A stretch of DNA of 64,000 nt, from IMG/VR virus record IMGVR_UViG_3300021167_000382, positions 1 through 64,000 of that record. One strand, given 5' to 3'. The notes beneath the pieces are model-generated. The model was not told the DNA's origin. It did not search any database and was given only the letters and a program-made list of their open reading frames with translations. The DNA is from a virus. Lineage: Duplodnaviria > Caudoviricetes. The first letter of the stretch is position 1. Every line of letters starts with the position of its first letter. The position numbers and the translations under genes were made by a program. Below, one piece after another: positions 59,934 through 64,000 of the stretch.

Positions 59934-61085
59934 TTGGACCCGAATCTCATTTTGATCAAATGTATTACTTTACTTTTCCGTGAAAGTCTCCTTGAGAATA
60001 ACACGGACTATAGCAATGAACTTGTAAAGACGGTAGTTAGCCGTCTTCAAATCGTTGACATGGACATCGGTATCTCAACTCGCCGATCCGTGGCGGTTGG
60101 GTTAAAAGATCTTGTTTTAGAGATGTGTCGTAATCCAGAATCTAAAACGTACGATATCTCTGACTTCCTTCAACAGATACGGTTGATAACAAACGGTGAT
60201 CAGAACATCTACACCGCTATTTGCCAGGGACTGGAGGCGGAGCTCACGCCAGCTGCACTAAAACGAACGATCACTAACCTTCGTAAAGCGATTGGTGACC
60301 ATTTCCGTGAACAGAAGATCGGTGATATCTTCAAGCGAGCCAGTCGTGACTTCAACTTTGCACGACAGAACATCGAAGACATCCATCTGTATGTTCAGAA
60401 CGTGATCAATGAACTGACCGTGGCATCAACGAAAACGTCAGCGAAAGACCCTGGAATCATTAAGACCATGGACTTCACTGATGAAGCCAGTATGCTTCAA
60501 GTCTTCAGTGATGTAGCGGCATCGAATACAGGTGACCTACCCTTCATGACTGGGTGGCGTGAACTGAATATGGCATTGCAAGGCGGCCCTCGTCCTGGAG
60601 ATGCCTTAGTTATCGGCGCATTGCAACATAACTACAAAACAGGGATGTCATTGAGCTTGTTTGCTCACATGGCGTGCTACAACACACCCAAGTGTAAGGA
60701 CCCAACCAAGAAACCGTTGATCTATCGTGTTTCACTAGAAGACCCACTACGTAATAATGCTCAGTTCCTCTACCAGTTACTGAAGTATGAAGAGTCTGGT
60801 GTTGCGTGCGATATCAAGGGTATCGCTGTTGAGGACATGATTACTTATGTCAAACATCGACTCTCAGCCAATGGCTTCCACGTTATCATTGATGAGGTTA
60901 ATCCATCGAACTGGACATACCAGTCACTTTTCAATCGTATCATTGAACTAGAATCTCAAGGTTATGCGGTTGAAGTACTCTCGATTGACTATCTGTCTAA
61001 GCTACCGACCACTGGCTGTGTCCAAGGGTCCATGGGTGATGACATGCTGGACCTTCTTGTGAAGACGCGGTCTTTCTGCGCTGCT
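59934..61085 (+). CDS. dnaB: DnaB-like replicative helicase, exon 1 (phiKZ gp118-like)
   Basis: TGW.ELN.ALQGG, Walker A variant ALQHNYKT, SLED and IDYL (Walker B). Confidence 0.85.
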
Positions 61086-61489
61086 TAATTTGTGTATCTC
61101 ATCATTTTCTTGCATTGTTATGAAAAACGGTAAACGGTGTAAAGGATACACATTCAGGCCATTGGAGTAGTAATACTCCGATTGTATTTCTTTGAATTGA
61201 CGGGAAACCCCTGAGAGCCTTCTCTACCAAGCACAGTGATGAAAGTCTTGTGTGGCCGGAATAATTACCCGGGTATGGTAACAAAGAGAATGGATTGGGC
61301 AATCCGCAGCGAAGCACCCGGGAGGGTGAACGTTCAACGACTAACCCTTTAGCAAGGTGTAGGGGGCAAGTGCCCTCGAAGCGGAGAACGCCCTAGAAAT
61401 AGGGTGAAGATATAGTCTGTTCCTACATGAAAGTGTGGGCGGGTGTCTAAGTACACCGGGATAGCGTAACGACCTATCTGGACAAAAAG
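61086..61489 (+). ncRNA. Group I self-splicing intron (404 nt, no homing endonuclease ORF)
   Basis: P element AATTGACGGGAAA (61195), Q AATCCGCAGC (61301), R GTTCAACGACTA (61332), S AAGATATAGTCT (61407). Exon 1 ends in U, the intron ends in G, and splicing restores the frame. Confidence 0.9.
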
Positions 61490-61861
61490 CAAAGCATTCT
61501 ACTCATGACGCCGCATCAGCTTTCTACTGAAGCTAAACGTCTCCTACAGACCGTCCCTGCGGATCAGTTTCTACACCACATCAAGGGCGGCGGTTTCTTT
61601 GAAAAGACAAAGGGTCTTGATCGTATCTACGACATTGGTATTTTGGTGCATAAAATCGAAACACCCGGTGGTGATTGGCTACATGTAGTCGTTGATAAAC
61701 ATCGATTCCCGAGTGTCGTGGATTCTTCATTGAAATCGTTCTATTTGAAATTCCCATCCTCTATGATGCCGATTCCTTCAAACATTCACAACGAAGATAG
61801 TAAGATCTTCCGTAAACTACCTAAAGTCTCCGTCTCAGCGGATGATTCTTTCTTCTCATAA
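61490..61861 (+). CDS. dnaB: DnaB-like helicase, exon 2
   Basis: TPHQLS and KHR motifs of the DnaB C-terminus; spliced junction reads RSFCAA/QSILLMTPHQLS. Confidence 0.85.
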   Translation, partial: QSILLMTPHQLSTEAKRLLQTVPADQFLHHIKGGGFFEKTKGLDRIYDIGILVHKIETPGGDWLHVVVDKHRFPSVVDSSLKSFYLKFPSSMMPIPSNIHNEDSKIFRKLPKVSVSADDSFFS

Positions 61862-61869
61862 GCGACACT

Positions 61870-61897
61870 GACCAGGAGGCCTGAGGGCCTCCTGGTC
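61870..61897. terminator. 12-bp stem-loop between convergent genes
   Basis: gaccaggaggcc-tgag-ggcctcctggtc. Confidence 0.55.
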
Positions 61898-61901
61898 TAT
61901 T

Positions 61902-62504
61902 TCATTCACCTACTGAAGGTTCTGTTGCAGGACAGGATCTAAAAAAATAATCCTGATCCGTGGCAGGCGGTCTGCCCTTATAGTGAAGATGATGCGTGAA
62001 ATACGGAACATCGTCATACTTCAGTTTCTCAAACGTATATTCACCGAACTCATACTGCGCCTTCACACCAGGATGCCTGTGCGCAGTTAGTCTATACACA
62101 GCGAGTCTATAGACTTCTTGAATATAGAGTTTCTCTTCTTTTTGGTGTAAAAAGAAAACACCATAATTTATCCAAGGTAACTTCGGCGGTTCCTTATATT
62201 CAATCAGAATGGTATTTTCCAAGCTGGGTCGATGGGGGTGATACTGTTTTAAGAAGTCAGTCACAGTGACCGGGGACTTCAGTGCATTAGCGATATAGAC
62301 CGGATCGATCAGCGTCTGACTTGCTTTAATGTCGATCCATAGCCGCTTCATTTCCGGGTCAGTCAGGTCAGCTACAGGCGCATAGTAACCCTTAGGATCA
62401 TATCGACGACGTGTCGGCTGGATGACGATAGGTTTCTTATCTTCATCACACTGGTGAAATCGATACAGCACTACTTGTTCATTTGTCTGTTTCCATTCTC
62501 TCAT
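61902..62504 (-). CDS. Hypothetical protein
   Basis: 200-aa ORF with gagg RBS. Confidence 0.6.
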   Translation of the reverse strand: MREWKQTNEQVVLYRFHQCDEDKKPIVIQPTRRRYDPKGYYAPVADLTDPEMKRLWIDIKASQTLIDPVYIANALKSPVTVTDFLKQYHPHRPSLENTILIEYKEPPKLPWINYGVFFLHQKEEKLYIQEVYRLAVYRLTAHRHPGVKAQYEFGEYTFEKLKYDDVPYFTHHLHYKGRPPATDQDYFFRSCPATEPSVGE

Positions 62505-62553
62505 AAAAACCTCTGCGTTATCAACCTAGGGGAAAAGTCCCCTAGGTCTTTTT

Positions 62554-63228
62554 TCAGAAGCTGACGTAGCGGTATTGTTTTTTATCACCAAAAACATAAG
62601 TGACGCAGAATGCATCCGGTACTACATCGCTGATGTCTACAGATTTAGCGGTGTAAGTGTCAAATTTGGACCTAGTATCAGGACTAATATTTGACGAACT
62701 ATTTTGCTGTGGTGATTGCATTATTTCGTTACTGTCGCTCCAACAGATCTTGGAAGGTACAGTTAGCTCAGCAAAACGCATCAAGGACACCGATGCTGTA
62801 CTGACCCTGACTAAGCCAAAGACACCAAAGGTTTTAGTAGTCTGAAGCGTCGTTGGACGAGTGTCGATCTTTGGAAAGTAATGCATGATGCGCCGCCCGT
62901 ATCGCTTGAGCATCTGCACTCGACCTTCCTCACTGTGATTAATAGCCTCTATAACCAATGTTAAGCTGGCCTGGATCGCTTTAAACGCATAGCGTTGAAG
63001 GTAGAGATACAGCGGAGAATCAATCCCGTAGCGATTGTCATCAATCACGTAGGTTGTCTTTAGCTGACTTGGGTCATTGATCATCTTCACTGCGTGAGAC
63101 TTCGCATTATCTTCATCAAAATACTCAATGCAGCTGCGATCGAAAAACTCAGATGCTTCCACTGGCACAACTGCCTGATCAGAGACATCGTGATTCTTGT
63201 AAAAATAGCCAATCATTTTCTTTAACAT
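62554..63228 (-). CDS. Hypothetical protein
   Basis: 224-aa ORF tightly packed against its neighbour. Confidence 0.6.
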   Translation of the reverse strand: MLKKMIGYFYKNHDVSDQAVVPVEASEFFDRSCIEYFDEDNAKSHAVKMINDPSQLKTTYVIDDNRYGIDSPLYLYLQRYAFKAIQASLTLVIEAINHSEEGRVQMLKRYGRRIMHYFPKIDTRPTTLQTTKTFGVFGLVRVSTASVSLMRFAELTVPSKICWSDSNEIMQSPQQNSSSNISPDTRSKFDTYTAKSVDISDVVPDAFCVTYVFGDKKQYRYVSF

Positions 63229-63231
63229 AGA

Positions 63232-63771
63232 TTACCCCTTAGAAGGCAGCGTCTTGAGAAGTTTCATTGCGTTATAATAACAATCAGGCATGCTCTCAGT
63301 GAGATGGTGCGTGTGAAGGTATTCGATCACTGCATGCTGACATTCAAACACCACCTTGAGGCTACGTTCCTCAGGTTCGACTTTAACCATCACCGCATTC
63401 ACGGTGTCATGAAGCGGGTAAGGGAACTTCTTACTCTCCACGTACTTCAAAGTGATTAACAGATCCCCTGTAACGGGATGAATGATATCAGCCCCATATC
63501 CTTCAAAATCGTAAACCACTACTTGAAGCTGCCTGAGTGAGTTATCGATGTAGTAAATAAACGGCAGTACCTTAACACCTTTCAGTCGTTCAATAGACCC
63601 TTTCGAAAAAGGATACGTGATGACTGCGGTGTCTATCTGAACAGTTTTTGTAATCTTCTCCAGCAACGCTTCGTTGATTTTTGACTCATCGTTAACTGGC
63701 TGCTGAACGGAAATCTGACTGAGGTCAGTCGGTATCTTAAGAATGAAGTTCACGATATACCCTATGATCAA
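63232..63771 (-). CDS. Hypothetical protein
   Basis: 179-aa ORF; start position uncertain. Confidence 0.5.
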   Translation of the reverse strand: MIIGYIVNFILKIPTDLSQISVQQPVNDESKINEALLEKITKTVQIDTAVITYPFSKGSIERLKGVKVLPFIYYIDNSLRQLQVVVYDFEGYGADIIHPVTGDLLITLKYVESKKFPYPLHDTVNAVMVKVEPEERSLKVVFECQHAVIEYLHTHHLTESMPDCYYNAMKLLKTLPSKG

Positions 63772-63892
63772 AAAAAGAGAGTGGCCGGGAAGGCCACCCT
63801 CAAAAGGTTAAACGCAGAGGTTGGGTATGAGAAGAGGCTGGACCAGACCCGAGAACTCACACCCGAAAGACATTCTCGGGTCGTAGTACCGA

Positions 63893-64000
63893 TTAACGGC
63901 GGAAGTTGAACTGATTGGCGTTGAACGTCATACCCGGACGAGGACCGATCATACCTGCATTGTTCATGTAGGACTGAGTGGTCTGAACCAACGCGCCGCT
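63893..64000 (-). CDS. 3' end of a gene extending beyond the window
   Basis: Open frame SGALVQTTQSYMNNAGMIGPRPGMTFNANQFNFRR* with capsid-like codon bias, followed by hairpins. Confidence 0.6.
   Translation of the reverse strand, partial: SGALVQTTQSYMNNAGMIGPRPGMTFNANQFNFRR

Noticed and set aside
61102-61317. 71-aa ORF inside the intron as a homing endonuclease
   Set aside because: It is antisense, overlaps the catalytic core, and has no HNH, GIY-YIG or LAGLIDADG motif.

Overview
This window is part of a phiKZ-like jumbo phage genome, probably nucleus-forming (Chimalliviridae-type). It carries the portal, major capsid protein, inner-head proteins, baseplate and tail-fibre genes, one non-virion and one virion RNA polymerase subunit, half of a split family-B DNA polymerase, a RuvC resolvase, lysis genes and a DnaB helicase interrupted by a group I intron. 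The phiKZ gp numbers come from recalled size, motif and synteny resemblance and have not been verified by search. The most notable observations are: (1) a 211-aa protein resembling the WED+REC guide-binding lobe of TnpB with no RuvC domain, co-transcribed with RNAP-linked genes; (2) a likely programmed -1 frameshift (T_TTT_TTC) fusing a tail-chaperone-like gene to a downstream ORF that lacks a convincing start; (3) a tail-fibre gene whose last two modules sit in frame behind TAA and TAG stops at module linkers; (4) a cassette of small genes sharing an MRRIxRL leader; (5) head proteins sharing an MGIIAAME leader; (6) a phage-borne HDOD protein; (7) a repeated TCATGTAYATYTAA promoter-like motif. 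No tRNA, rRNA or CRISPR array was seen.
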